Positions 30,651 to 40,413 of a stretch of 64,000 nt of DNA are shown one piece after another. The stretch lies in the NCBI GenBank assembly GCA_963662945.1, contig OY759974.1, forward strand, positions 1,440,001 through 1,504,000. Reading direction: 5' to 3'. The position numbers and the translations under genes are program-made. The DNA comes from Arcobacteraceae bacterium (lineage in GTDB: Bacteria > Campylobacterota > Campylobacteria > Campylobacterales > Arcobacteraceae). Position 1 is the first letter of the stretch. Every line of letters begins with the position of its first letter. Below the pieces are notes generated by a model that worked only from the letters and a program-made list of their open reading frames with translations, had not been told where the DNA came from and searched no databases.

Positions 30651-32015
30651 TTAGTTAGAAGATGTTGATTGTTCAATCATCATTTGTAATCCACTAAATG
30701 AAGACTCCATTTGAGATATAATTGAAGCATAAGCTGTAAATTGTGCAACCATAGTTGCATACTTTGTATCAAGTTTTTCTACAGTTTGTTCTCTTTCTTC
30801 ATCTAGTGTTGTTTTTCGACTTGTCATATCATCTGTATATGTTGAGAAAAATCCAGTATATGAATTTAAATCATCAATATATTCCTTTAATGTTGTTCCA
30901 AACCCTTTATCTTCAGCAACACCTAGAAAGAAATCTTTTACAGCATCAAAGTCATTTGTTAAAGCTTCTCCCAATACATCCGTATCTACACTTAGTTGAC
31001 CATCTAAATCAAATGTAAATCCTAAGTTTACAGCATTACCATCATTGACTCCATATGAATCCATAAAGAGGGATTTTAAATTACTTAATAAATCTCTTAA
31101 GGATGATGTATCATTAAGAGGTGTTTCTGTATCATAAATTTCATCTGTAATTAAAGTACTCAATTCATTATATGCGTCAACCATCTCTTGAATTGCAGGA
31201 ATAACATAACTATCATCTCTAGTAATACTTAGTGTCGATGTACCAATCTCAGCTGCTGTAATTTTTAGATTACCATCAACTTGGATACTATTTGAGGAAA
31301 CATCATATGCTATTCCATCTACAGTTGCTTTTAAATTTTGAGCAGTTAATGTATGATTATCAGGTGTTCCATCTCCATCTGTATCTGTAGGATCATTAAA
31401 TCCTAAAGTTGTAGCTGCAGTTCCAGAGATTGTAAGTGCATTAGCTATTCCTGGATTAGCACTTTTTAATACAAGTCTATAACTGTCATCACCTATTTGT
31501 TCTACAGATGCTGTAGCCGCACTTCCCAAATTAATTTTTTCCACTAATTGTTCTAAAGTTAAGCCAGTTGTATCATACACCTCACCATTAATATTTAGTG
31601 TTTCAGCACCAAGAATAGCTTCAGTTTCAGCTAATGTCATTACATTTGATTGCCAAACATCTTTTTGGGCAATTTGTGTTACGTTTACCTGATACGTTCC
31701 CTCTTTTAATGAACCTACATCTGTTGCATCAAATACAGCAGATGAACCAGTTGTCGTAGCTGATATTTGTTCAAATGCATTATTTGTCGAACTATATAAG
31801 TCAAAAGGTTTAACAGTATTTAAAAACTCTGTCATTTTTGCTTCAATTTCAGCAATTTTTTCTACTTCAAGATCTAAATTTTCCAATTTTGTATCAATCG
31901 GATCAAGAACAGCTTTTTCTTCAGCAGCTCTTAGTTTAGTAATTACATCCCCGTTTAATGATGAAGCATTACCTGTATTAAATGCTCCAACTGTACTATA
32001 ATCATAATCTGCCAT
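30651..32015 (-). CDS. fliD: Flagellar filament cap protein
   Basis: ITKLRAAE, GTYQVNVTQIAQKD, YRLVLKS, C-terminal KYATMVAQFTAYASIISQM. Confidence 0.9.
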   Translation of the reverse strand: MADYDYSTVGAFNTGNASSLNGDVITKLRAAEEKAVLDPIDTKLENLDLEVEKIAEIEAKMTEFLNTVKPFDLYSSTNNAFEQISATTTGSSAVFDATDVGSLKEGTYQVNVTQIAQKDVWQSNVMTLAETEAILGAETLNINGEVYDTTGLTLEQLVEKINLGSAATASVEQIGDDSYRLVLKSANPGIANALTISGTAATTLGFNDPTDTDGDGTPDNHTLTAQNLKATVDGIAYDVSSNSIQVDGNLKITAAEIGTSTLSITRDDSYVIPAIQEMVDAYNELSTLITDEIYDTETPLNDTSSLRDLLSNLKSLFMDSYGVNDGNAVNLGFTFDLDGQLSVDTDVLGEALTNDFDAVKDFFLGVAEDKGFGTTLKEYIDDLNSYTGFFSTYTDDMTSRKTTLDEEREQTVEKLDTKYATMVAQFTAYASIISQMESSFSGLQMMIEQSTSSN

Positions 32016-32040
32016 AATATCCTCCTTATTTGGATTTTAA

Positions 32041-34284
32041 TTAACTTTTTATACCTAACAATGTTTGTAACATTTCATCAATCACTGTTATTACTTTTGC
32101 ATTTGCTTCATATGCAGATTGAAACTTAATAAGTTCAACCATTTCTTCATCTTTATCAACTTTTGTTATGGCATCGTAACTAGATTGTAAAGATTCTCTT
32201 ACAGCACCTTGTGCTTCTTCATTGAATATTACACTTTCTCTATCATCTGCTACAACTACTCTCAAAGTTTGAAAATAACTTGAGAATGATTCTGTATTAA
32301 GTCCAGTACCATCAAAATCAATATTTTCTTTCCATTGTAAGTCAGCTAAGTAATCTAATTTCTCTTGAGTTAAATTATTTAATGAAGATCTGTTAAAAGT
32401 GAGTGTTTTTACACTTGCCCCAGAAAATAAATTAACTCCAACGCCTTTATCCGCGTCAGCATTGAGACTGACAGCATCTGTACCATATACATATGTTCCA
32501 TCATCATGCTCTATATAAGAATCAGTAAAATCAGATAATGCTTTTGCAAAGTTGTCAAGCATCTCTTTATATTTATTAAATAGATTATTTCCTGAGTCAG
32601 TTTTAATATTTTCTAACATAGCATTCAGTGATCCACCAGTAATGTTTATCTCTTTATCATAGACTTCAATATGAATATCATCTGTACCAACAACACTTAC
32701 ATTTTCATTTTTTTCAATATTTGCTCTTCTATTTGTTGTTCCAGGAATATCACTATCATTTATTAAGACTTCACCCACAAATGAACCAGCTTCTCCATCT
32801 ACGTTAGCTTCTATTACTAAATATCTATCAACATAATTAGGTGCTGGTGCAACATATTTTGAATGAAGTGGATTACTAGTTAAAATTTTATTTCCATTTT
32901 CATCCAATTCATAGTTACCATTATATGCTGTGATTTTTCCACCAATATCTTGATTTTGATTTATTTGATATACAAGTGCTTGAATAATGTTATCAGCTGT
33001 TACTACACTGTTTCCTAATCCATCTATATCTGCTGGTGTAACTCCATCTGCTTCATAAATAGTTTCACCTATTGTTACAGTTACAGAGTAAGTATTATCT
33101 AAAGTATATGTAATACTATCTCTAAGACCTTTAACTGATTCTAAACTTCCAGTAAAAACAATACCATTGCTTTCAGCATTTCCAATTGCTGGTACATCTC
33201 CTTCAAAATCTTCATAAGTAATTAATAATTGTCCACCACCATTATCTGCAATATCTTTAATTTCTTGATCAGGGTGTGATGCATTCCAAGTACTAATAAT
33301 ATTTGCTTTATCAGCAACAATGTTTGTGACTGTAGTAGCTGCATCATCTCCTGCTAAAGAACCAGCAACAGTAGTTCCTAAGAATACAACTGGTGCAGTA
33401 GCTGTTCCAGATAAATTCATAGTTTGTTCTTCTGATACAGGGGCAGCAAATGATGTAAAATTATTTTTAATTGTACTTTGGTAATCTTGTGTAACCGGAT
33501 CAATAACTGTAATACCAGATGGGTTTCGTAATGCATAGACATCTTTTTGAGGTATATAGTTTTCTATTAAATTGAGTTGATGTACATTCGTGTCAAATCT
33601 AACAGCGGTAGCACCTCCAATTTTTATTTGGTAGCTATCTCCTCTAAATATTTCAACATCAATATATTTTGCAAGTTCTAACTCTAGTGCATCTCTTTTA
33701 TCGAGTAAATCATTCGGTTCTCCACCAGTACTATCTTGAATTTGTTTACTAATATCTCCAATGTTTGATAATATACTGTTAACCTCGGCAACAACATCCT
33801 TAACTTCGGTAAGGGTTCCATTTTCTTTTGCTTCAATTGATTCGTATAATGTTTTAAGATCTAAAACTAAACTTTCCGCATTGTTAATTGTGTCATTTTT
33901 ATAAATTTCATTTTGTGGACTTGTTCTTAAATTTTCAATAGATGAAAAGTATCTATTTAAATCCGCAGATAATCCAGAATCATCTGTTTCTGAAAATATC
34001 GACTCTATATCAGCTAACATTGAGTTTAATGTTGAGGTATCTGACAGTTTTGCTTCTTCTCTTATTAAGTTTTGGTACATATAGATATTTGTTGATCGTG
34101 AAACACCATCAATTGTTATACCTCGACCTGTTATCCGAGAGTCTGCATGTGACAGTTCCGAAACATCAACAGCTCTCTTCTTATAGCCAGCAGTATTCTC
34201 ATTTGCAATGTTGTTCATAACATTTTCAACTTGTGTTTGAGCAACTTTAAGTCCAGTTTGTGCTACATTTAATATGTTCAACAT
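32041..34284 (-). CDS. flgK: Flagellar hook-associated protein 1
   Basis: GLKVAQ...NNIANENTAGY, NDLLDKRD, VDKDEEMVELIKFQSAYEANAKVI. Confidence 0.94.
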   Translation of the reverse strand: MLNILNVAQTGLKVAQTQVENVMNNIANENTAGYKKRAVDVSELSHADSRITGRGITIDGVSRSTNIYMYQNLIREEAKLSDTSTLNSMLADIESIFSETDDSGLSADLNRYFSSIENLRTSPQNEIYKNDTINNAESLVLDLKTLYESIEAKENGTLTEVKDVVAEVNSILSNIGDISKQIQDSTGGEPNDLLDKRDALELELAKYIDVEIFRGDSYQIKIGGATAVRFDTNVHQLNLIENYIPQKDVYALRNPSGITVIDPVTQDYQSTIKNNFTSFAAPVSEEQTMNLSGTATAPVVFLGTTVAGSLAGDDAATTVTNIVADKANIISTWNASHPDQEIKDIADNGGGQLLITYEDFEGDVPAIGNAESNGIVFTGSLESVKGLRDSITYTLDNTYSVTVTIGETIYEADGVTPADIDGLGNSVVTADNIIQALVYQINQNQDIGGKITAYNGNYELDENGNKILTSNPLHSKYVAPAPNYVDRYLVIEANVDGEAGSFVGEVLINDSDIPGTTNRRANIEKNENVSVVGTDDIHIEVYDKEINITGGSLNAMLENIKTDSGNNLFNKYKEMLDNFAKALSDFTDSYIEHDDGTYVYGTDAVSLNADADKGVGVNLFSGASVKTLTFNRSSLNNLTQEKLDYLADLQWKENIDFDGTGLNTESFSSYFQTLRVVVADDRESVIFNEEAQGAVRESLQSSYDAITKVDKDEEMVELIKFQSAYEANAKVITVIDEMLQTLLGIKS

Positions 34285-34301
34285 TTTTATACCCCTATTT
34301 G

Positions 34302-34310
34302 ATTATAACA
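34302..34310 (-). promoter_or_regulatory. Sigma70-type extended -10 (TGtTATAAT) upstream of flgK
   Basis: Reverse complement of ATTATAACA, 17 nt upstream of the flgK ATG, with TTTTAAG further upstream. Confidence 0.6.
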
Positions 34311-34338
34311 TCTTAATACAACAATTCTTAAAATTAGT

Positions 34339-35040
34339 TTAAAAAGGAGATATAGATTCTATTAGTTTACTACCCCAAGGTTTCTCTAAAGCATCTGTTT
34401 CATCACCCTCTTTATCATATAAAATTTTTAAGTTTGCTAGTTTTTCTGATTTGATTGTATTATCAACCTCAATGTCGTAAGGTCTAATAACACCACTAAT
34501 TTCTATTGTTTGTTTTTGTCCATTTATTAGTAGTTCTTTTGTACCTCTTACAAAATAATTTCCATTTTGATAAGTTTGTTCTATTATTGCTGAAATAGTT
34601 GTTATAAACTCTTCATCAATACTAGACGTAACTGTTCCTTTAAAAGTATTATTAGACGAACCACTAACTCCTATTCCTAATAATCCATTTAATCTATCAA
34701 TTTTTGCTGTTGTATTTGCGGTAGTTGTTGAAGAAGGTGAAATTAATCCACCATTTATTCCAGTACTATTTGATTTTGTAGTTGTTTTATCATTTGTTGA
34801 ATCATTTGTTAAAGTTTCAGAAATAAGTATTTGAACGATGTCTCCCACTTGTAAATCTTTTTTATCTGCAAATAAAGAAGCACCTTTTCTAGAATATAAA
34901 GTGCCTTTTTTCTTTTGTATAGGTTCAACTTGTTTTATTACCTGGGTTGGTGGTTTTGTATCTAAAGTAAGTTGTTTTTTCTCAGCGCATCCAACAAATA
35001 AAATTGATATTATTAATATAAGTAAAAACTTAACTTTCAT
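34339..35040 (-). CDS. flgH: Flagellar L-ring protein
   Basis: Lipobox FVGC, SLFADKKDLQVGDIV, NGN, SGVIRPYDI, PW...SPF. Start ATG 35040. Confidence 0.94.
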   Translation of the reverse strand: MKVKFLLILIISILFVGCAEKKQLTLDTKPPTQVIKQVEPIQKKKGTLYSRKGASLFADKKDLQVGDIVQILISETLTNDSTNDKTTTKSNSTGINGGLISPSSTTTANTTAKIDRLNGLLGIGVSGSSNNTFKGTVTSSIDEEFITTISAIIEQTYQNGNYFVRGTKELLINGQKQTIEISGVIRPYDIEVDNTIKSEKLANLKILYDKEGDETDALEKPWGSKLIESISPF

Positions 35041-35458
35041 ATTTATTCTCCACAATAGTTCTTATATCAAGAGCTATTTTTATATCTACATCTGTACTTT
35101 TTAACATTGCATCAGCTCCATATCGAATCATTACTGCTTCAACATTAGTTCCAAAATCACAAGTAATAAGTAATTTATCTTTAACTATTTGTATGGATTG
35201 AATATTCTTTTGATTAATGAGTTTTGTAATTAATACAGATTCTTTGTAGAGTAGTTCTTCTAATTTAACAGATTTTGAATTTAATTTTCTTTCAAGTTCT
35301 TTTTTAGTTTCAAGTTCAGTTGTTAGTTTAATATTTTGTTCTTGAAATTTAGTACTCATATGTTGGAAATATAGCCAAAACATAGCAAGTAAAGAGAATA
35401 GGGTCACTGCTTTAACCATGACCCTTTTTTTATTGTGATTTTGAACTATTATAACCAT
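35030..35458 (-). CDS. Hypothetical single-TM protein between fliL and flgH
   Basis: 142-aa ORF with N-terminal TM and short coiled coil, overlapping the flgH start. Confidence 0.7.
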   Translation of the reverse strand: MVIIVQNHNKKRVMVKAVTLFSLLAMFWLYFQHMSTKFQEQNIKLTTELETKKELERKLNSKSVKLEELLYKESVLITKLINQKNIQSIQIVKDKLLITCDFGTNVEAVMIRYGADAMLKSTDVDIKIALDIRTIVENKYES

Positions 35459-35481
35459 TGAGTACCTTTATTTATTTTTAA

Positions 35482-36024
35482 CTACTTAATTACAAAAGAT
35501 GTAAAAAATATATCAACTACAGCATTTCTTTTTCTATCATCATTACCTTCTGGAATAGAATCATTAAGTATATTGTTAATTTCATCAATCATCTCTTCTT
35601 TTAACATAGCTTTTCCACCTACTGTTAAAAGTTCTTCACTACTTCTTGCACTTACTTGTCTAATTACCGAGTCTATAATTTCAGCTTTTGTATCTTCTAA
35701 TATAGTTTCTATTGCAGGTTCAGTTGTTTTCATTGTAAAAGAGAGTTTCATAAGTTTTGCTCTCCCTTTTGCATCAGTTATATTTAAAACTAAACTATCA
35801 ACGTTTGCTTTATATGTTTCACCAATATCTTCTTTTTTTGTAGTCTTAACTTGTTCTGTTTTTGCAGTCGGTGTATCCATTTTTTCTTCTAACATACCTT
35901 TAGAATAAAGAAAATATCCAATTCCTCCTACAGCTGCTAATAAGACTATTATAAGTATTATTAAAATTATCATCATTGGGTTTCCACCACTTTTTTTCTC
36001 TGCAACTACTTCTTCTTCAGCCAT
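35482..36024 (-). CDS. fliL: Flagellar basal body protein FliL
   Basis: N-terminal TM, VLNI, ELLTVGGKAMLKEE, IFFTSFVIK. Confidence 0.92.
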   Translation of the reverse strand: MAEEEVVAEKKSGGNPMMIILIILIIVLLAAVGGIGYFLYSKGMLEEKMDTPTAKTEQVKTTKKEDIGETYKANVDSLVLNITDAKGRAKLMKLSFTMKTTEPAIETILEDTKAEIIDSVIRQVSARSSEELLTVGGKAMLKEEMIDEINNILNDSIPEGNDDRKRNAVVDIFFTSFVIK

Positions 36025-36025
36025 T

Positions 36026-36523
36026 TTATTTCTCCTCTTTATTAGTTTCTTCTTTTAAAATTCTCATTTTTTTCATTATCAACGTTGAAGTTTGTGTATC
36101 TAATTTTTTTAATATTTTCATTACTCTTTTGTCGTTCATTCGTATCATTATATCAAATACTTCATCAATTTTACCGTTATTTATCATTTCATTAAAAATA
36201 TTTATTACAACACCAAGTTTCATTTTATCATACATTGTCATAGCTTTTGATGTGATGACTCTATTAATTTCATCAAGTGTTTTTTTATTTTCATCTTTTA
36301 ATTTTTGAATATTTGCTTCTGCAGCTTTAATTTCTTTTTGAATTTTTTCTAGTTCTACTTTGTTTTTTTGATACTCTAACTCTTTTTTTTCATAAAATTC
36401 ATTCAATTCGTCTTTAATTGCAATGAGCTCTTGTTTCTCTTTGTACAAATCACCCTGTTGCACTGTAATTGCAAAAAGTTGGTTTATGAGTAAGAGTAAG
36501 AAGACTAATTTTTTAAAAAACAT
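36026..36523 (-). CDS. MotE/FlbB-like (MgtE-N-like) periplasmic coiled-coil protein
   Basis: Signal-like N-terminus, coiled coil, MYDKMK...IMIRMNDKRVMKILKKLD repeat pattern. Flagellar context. Confidence 0.6.
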   Translation of the reverse strand: MFFKKLVFLLLLINQLFAITVQQGDLYKEKQELIAIKDELNEFYEKKELEYQKNKVELEKIQKEIKAAEANIQKLKDENKKTLDEINRVITSKAMTMYDKMKLGVVINIFNEMINNGKIDEVFDIMIRMNDKRVMKILKKLDTQTSTLIMKKMRILKEETNKEEK

Positions 36524-36938
36524 TTGCAACCTTTTTATTTTGAATATGTTTAATTTGCATATATTCAGATGATGTTAATTCCTCTTGTTTGATAATTTGT
36601 TTTAATTTTTCTTTTTTTTGTTCTTGAAGAATATAATTGAATTGTTCACTTTCTTTATTTAAATCAATTATAATATTATTATAATGTTCAATTTGTTGTA
36701 AATAATGTAATTTTTTTCTTCCAAGTTGAATCATATGTTCTTTCATGGTATCTTTGTGAATTTGTAAAACTCTAAAATCTGAAATAGCTCCCATAATATT
36801 CACTGTTGCTGTATTGAGTGCATGGTTAGTTTCTGAGAGTTCTTTATTTATAGTATCTATTTTAGCAACAAGTTGTTGTTTTAATAATATTTGTTGGTTG
36901 ATTTGTTGTTGTTTCAATTTATAGATTTTTTCTATCAT
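36513..36938 (-). CDS. FliJ-like flagellar export protein
   Basis: 141-aa Q/K-rich two-helix protein with GAISDF turn and ESEQFNYI. ATGA-coupled to fliQ. Confidence 0.6.
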   Translation of the reverse strand: MIEKIYKLKQQQINQQILLKQQLVAKIDTINKELSETNHALNTATVNIMGAISDFRVLQIHKDTMKEHMIQLGRKKLHYLQQIEHYNNIIIDLNKESEQFNYILQEQKKEKLKQIIKQEELTSSEYMQIKHIQNKKVANVF

Positions 36939-37201
36939 TGTGTTTTTCCAAATGTAATAATAATATCCCAAAGATCAAAAGTATATTTTTCAATATGGTC
37001 ACCAACCCAAGGTAATGTAACAACAATAAAAATAGATACAATAATCATTTTAGGAACAAAAGAAAGAGAAGCATCACTAATTTGTGTAACTGCTTGAAAA
37101 ATACTAATTATTAAACCAATAATCATACTTACTATAAGCGAAGGCAAACCAAGAAGTAAAATGATTTTTACTGTACTTTGTGATATTGCTATTAAGTCCA
37201 T
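36935..37201 (-). CDS. fliQ: Flagellar export protein FliQ
   Basis: GLIISIFQAVTQISDASLSFVPK. Confidence 0.96.
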   Translation of the reverse strand: MDLIAISQSTVKIILLLGLPSLIVSMIIGLIISIFQAVTQISDASLSFVPKMIIVSIFIVVTLPWVGDHIEKYTFDLWDIIITFGKTQ

Positions 37202-37202
37202 G

Positions 37203-37622
37203 TTACTCTTTTATTTTAATTGTTATCTCAATAGTTTTATTATTCAACAATTCACTTAAAAGTTTAGCTAAGTTTGTTCCAGTTAAATTTTCTTCTACTG
37301 TAATAGGAGTTTCTAAAGGAGTATTAAGAAGAGGTTCTTCAGTAAGTATATTTTCATTTAGACTAATATCTTCTTCGTTTTGATTTTTATCATTTTCTTC
37401 TTTATCTTCTTCTACAGTTATATCATCATTATTTTCATCTTCTAGAAAATCTTCAATTATAATTTCATCAGAATCATTTATATCAGTAGAATTATTTGTA
37501 TCAGTAGAATCAATTATATCCTCTACATCTTTATCTTCTAACGTAGTTTCAGAATTTTTCCCTAAAGCATCAAGTACATCTGATTCAATGAGTGCATCTA
37601 ATTGTGACAGTTCGTTATCCAT
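37203..37622 (-). CDS. Highly acidic hypothetical protein
   Basis: D/E/N-rich core with ordered C-terminus LAKLLSELLNNKTIEITIKIKE. AAGGA SD. Confidence 0.72.
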   Translation of the reverse strand: MDNELSQLDALIESDVLDALGKNSETTLEDKDVEDIIDSTDTNNSTDINDSDEIIIEDFLEDENNDDITVEEDKEENDKNQNEEDISLNENILTEEPLLNTPLETPITVEENLTGTNLAKLLSELLNNKTIEITIKIKE

Positions 37623-37632
37623 GTTTAGTTCC

Positions 37633-38067
37633 TTATTCTTTAGTAAAAGATTTACTGATTGCTTCTATAGTATCGTCTTCTAACATATCATCAATAGAAG
37701 TTATCTCATGTGCTTTTGGTTTTGCATTTTCTATAGATTCTAATCGTTTTTCAATATGTATAATAAGGTCTTTATATGTTCTAATACTAACATCACCCAT
37801 ACCATGATGATCTAGATACTTTTGAGTTATACCATCTTTAGGTACTAAAAATTTAAAAATTTTAGTTGATAGAGTATCTTCTATAATTTTATTTTGATCA
37901 ATTATAAATATTTGAGTAGGATCTTCTTCTATAAGTTCTTCAAGATCATAAAGGTACTCAACATCAATAACTTCACCATCTCCAATTTTAAACCGAATAT
38001 TTCCATGGTCTAAAATTTTATGAATTTCCATTTTAAAAGATAGTTCACCATAAATATATATATTCAA
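37633..38067 (-). CDS. Hypothetical protein, first gene of leftward flagellar operon
   Basis: 144-aa ORF, TTG start after AAGG. TATAAT on minus strand at 38096-38101. Confidence 0.72.
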   Translation of the reverse strand: MNIYIYGELSFKMEIHKILDHGNIRFKIGDGEVIDVEYLYDLEELIEEDPTQIFIIDQNKIIEDTLSTKIFKFLVPKDGITQKYLDHHGMGDVSIRTYKDLIIHIEKRLESIENAKPKAHEITSIDDMLEDDTIEAISKSFTKE

Positions 38068-38166
38068 AATAAACCTTATTAAATTATTTTCAATTATTAT
38101 ATCTAGAATTTATTAAAGTTTAGATAAAATGTTTTCAATTACAAAAATAGTATAGGATGTTTAATT

Positions 38167-39225
38167 TTGAGAAATATTTTATTGACTTTTTTTATATCGT
38201 TAACTATTTATGGTCAAACGATTAAAGATATATCAAATATTGTTGGTATCCGAGAAAACCAGCTTATTGGGCATGGTTTAGTTGTTGGACTTCCAGGGAC
38301 TGGTGACAAAAGTGAATTCACTATGCAATCCTTACAAAACTTATTAAGAAATTCTTATATAAAAATACCTGCATCTTCTATTAGTTCAAAAAATATTGCG
38401 ACAGTTATGGTGACATCTTCTTTACCTCCTTTTGCTAGACAAGGGGATAAGTTAAAGTTAAAAGTGGCATCTATAGGTGATGCGAAATCTATTGATGGTG
38501 GACAACTTTTATTAACACAATTAAAAGGTGTTGATGGAAAAGTTTACGCACTAGGACAAGGTAGTATTGTAGCAACAGGAGAGACCAAAACAACTGGATA
38601 TATATATGAAGGTGCTATAGTTGAAAATGAAGTTGATTATTCGCTTAAAGATGAACATTTTATAACGTTAAGTTTATTAGAACAGGATGCGAGAATTGCA
38701 GCACTTTGTGAAGAAAGAATAAATGCTAAATTTGGGAAAAAAATAGCAACAGCATATGATACACGAACAATAGAAATTGCAAAACCTAATGACATGTCAA
38801 TTATTCGGTTTATTTCAGAGATTGAAAATATAGAAATTGATAGTATGATGAAGAAAAAAGTTATTATAGACCCACAAAAAGAGATTATAGTTGCTGGGGC
38901 AGATATAACAATAAGTCCAGTAACAATTTCACGAGAAAACTTTACATTAAGAATAAAAAAATCTAATTTAGATGATAAAGCTTGGGCTGATCCAGCTGTT
39001 AATACAGGTACTGATATTGGAGATGATGCTAAAGTTGATAAAATACCAGGTGTACAAGTGGTTGATATAGATAATGCACTTATAAATACAAAAAATCAAC
39101 CTACAGTATCAGATTTAATGAAAGCTATGAAGACTATGAAGTTAAATATAACTGAGATTATTGAAACTATTAAAATGATAGATGATCTTGGTGCAATAAA
39201 TGCAGATGTAGAAATGGTGAAGTAA
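38167..39225 (+). CDS. flgI: Flagellar P-ring protein
   Basis: IKDI...GIRENQLIGHGLVVGLPGTGD, KNIATVMVT, SIGDAKSIDGG. Confidence 0.95.
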   Translation: MRNILLTFFISLTIYGQTIKDISNIVGIRENQLIGHGLVVGLPGTGDKSEFTMQSLQNLLRNSYIKIPASSISSKNIATVMVTSSLPPFARQGDKLKLKVASIGDAKSIDGGQLLLTQLKGVDGKVYALGQGSIVATGETKTTGYIYEGAIVENEVDYSLKDEHFITLSLLEQDARIAALCEERINAKFGKKIATAYDTRTIEIAKPNDMSIIRFISEIENIEIDSMMKKKVIIDPQKEIIVAGADITISPVTISRENFTLRIKKSNLDDKAWADPAVNTGTDIGDDAKVDKIPGVQVVDIDNALINTKNQPTVSDLMKAMKTMKLNITEIIETIKMIDDLGAINADVEMVK

Positions 39226-39226
39226 T

Positions 39227-40327
39227 ATGGCAGAGTTTTTAAGTCAAGATGAGATAGACGCACTATTAGATATAGCGGATGAAGACGGTGGTTTAGAAGA
39301 GATACCTGAAGATTCAGTTCCAACTTCTAAAGATAAAAGTTATGCTATTTATGACTTTAAAAAGCCAAATAGAATTTCTGCTGACCAGATGAAAGCTTTC
39401 AATGCTCTTCATGATAAAATGTTAAGAGCAACGATTAGTGAAGTTTCAGCAATGTTAAGAAAAATTGTTGATGTAAAACTTTATAGTATTGAGCAGATGA
39501 CTTATGGTGAGTTTATTCTTTCAATTCCTCAAATTACAAGTTTAAATACACTTTCAATTAAACCATTAGAGGGTCGAATTGTTATGGAGTGTAACCCTGC
39601 AATTAGTCATAAAATTATTGCCCATTTACTTGGAAATGGAGATAGTTCTTTAACAGATTCTACAGAAAAAGAACTTACAGAGATCGAATTAGAAGTTTTT
39701 AATCATTTTTATCAACTTATTACAAAACATCTTAAAAAAGCTTGGGAAGATGTCGCAACAATCAATTTTAAAACTGAAAGTATGGATACAAATGCGAATG
39801 CAATTCAAATTATTTCAGATCACGAGATTGTACTTTTAGTTGTATTTGAGATAACAATTGATGATGAATCAGGGTTTTTATCTATTTGTTACCCAATATC
39901 ATATATCGAGTCATTATTAAATGTGATAGTAGAAAAAATATTTGCAGAAGCTAAGAATAGAAAAGTGAGTAAACAAAAAGATATTAATGCTCTAATGTCT
40001 GGTTCAAAAATGAAAATTGATGCAATATTGGCTGAAACAGAACTTTCAATAAAAGACTTATTGAATTTAAAAGAGGAAGATGTTATTGTATTTAGTAAGA
40101 ATGCTAATAGTTCATCTTCAAAGATATATATTAATAATAAAGAAAAATGGTCAGCTGTTGCAGGTTCATCAAATAATAGAAAAGCGATACAAATACAGTC
40201 GAATATAGATCATGAAAAAATGGAAACATTACGATCTTTAAAAGCATTACATGAAGAGAGATTAGAAAAAACACGAAAAGCAAATGAAGCAATAGCAAGA
40301 CTTATAGAAACTAGAGATTCATTTTAG
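39227..40327 (+). CDS. fliM: Flagellar switch protein FliM
   Basis: LSQDEIDALL CheY-binding peptide, YDFKKPNRIS, ELTEIE. Confidence 0.96.
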   Translation: MAEFLSQDEIDALLDIADEDGGLEEIPEDSVPTSKDKSYAIYDFKKPNRISADQMKAFNALHDKMLRATISEVSAMLRKIVDVKLYSIEQMTYGEFILSIPQITSLNTLSIKPLEGRIVMECNPAISHKIIAHLLGNGDSSLTDSTEKELTEIELEVFNHFYQLITKHLKKAWEDVATINFKTESMDTNANAIQIISDHEIVLLVVFEITIDDESGFLSICYPISYIESLLNVIVEKIFAEAKNRKVSKQKDINALMSGSKMKIDAILAETELSIKDLLNLKEEDVIVFSKNANSSSSKIYINNKEKWSAVAGSSNNRKAIQIQSNIDHEKMETLRSLKALHEERLEKTRKANEAIARLIETRDSF

Positions 40328-40413
40328 AGATTTAGTGAAGATATAATTTATTAGTTTTTTATAAAATTTTTAGTATAATCACCTATAAATAATGAATAAT
40401 TTAAAGGATAATT

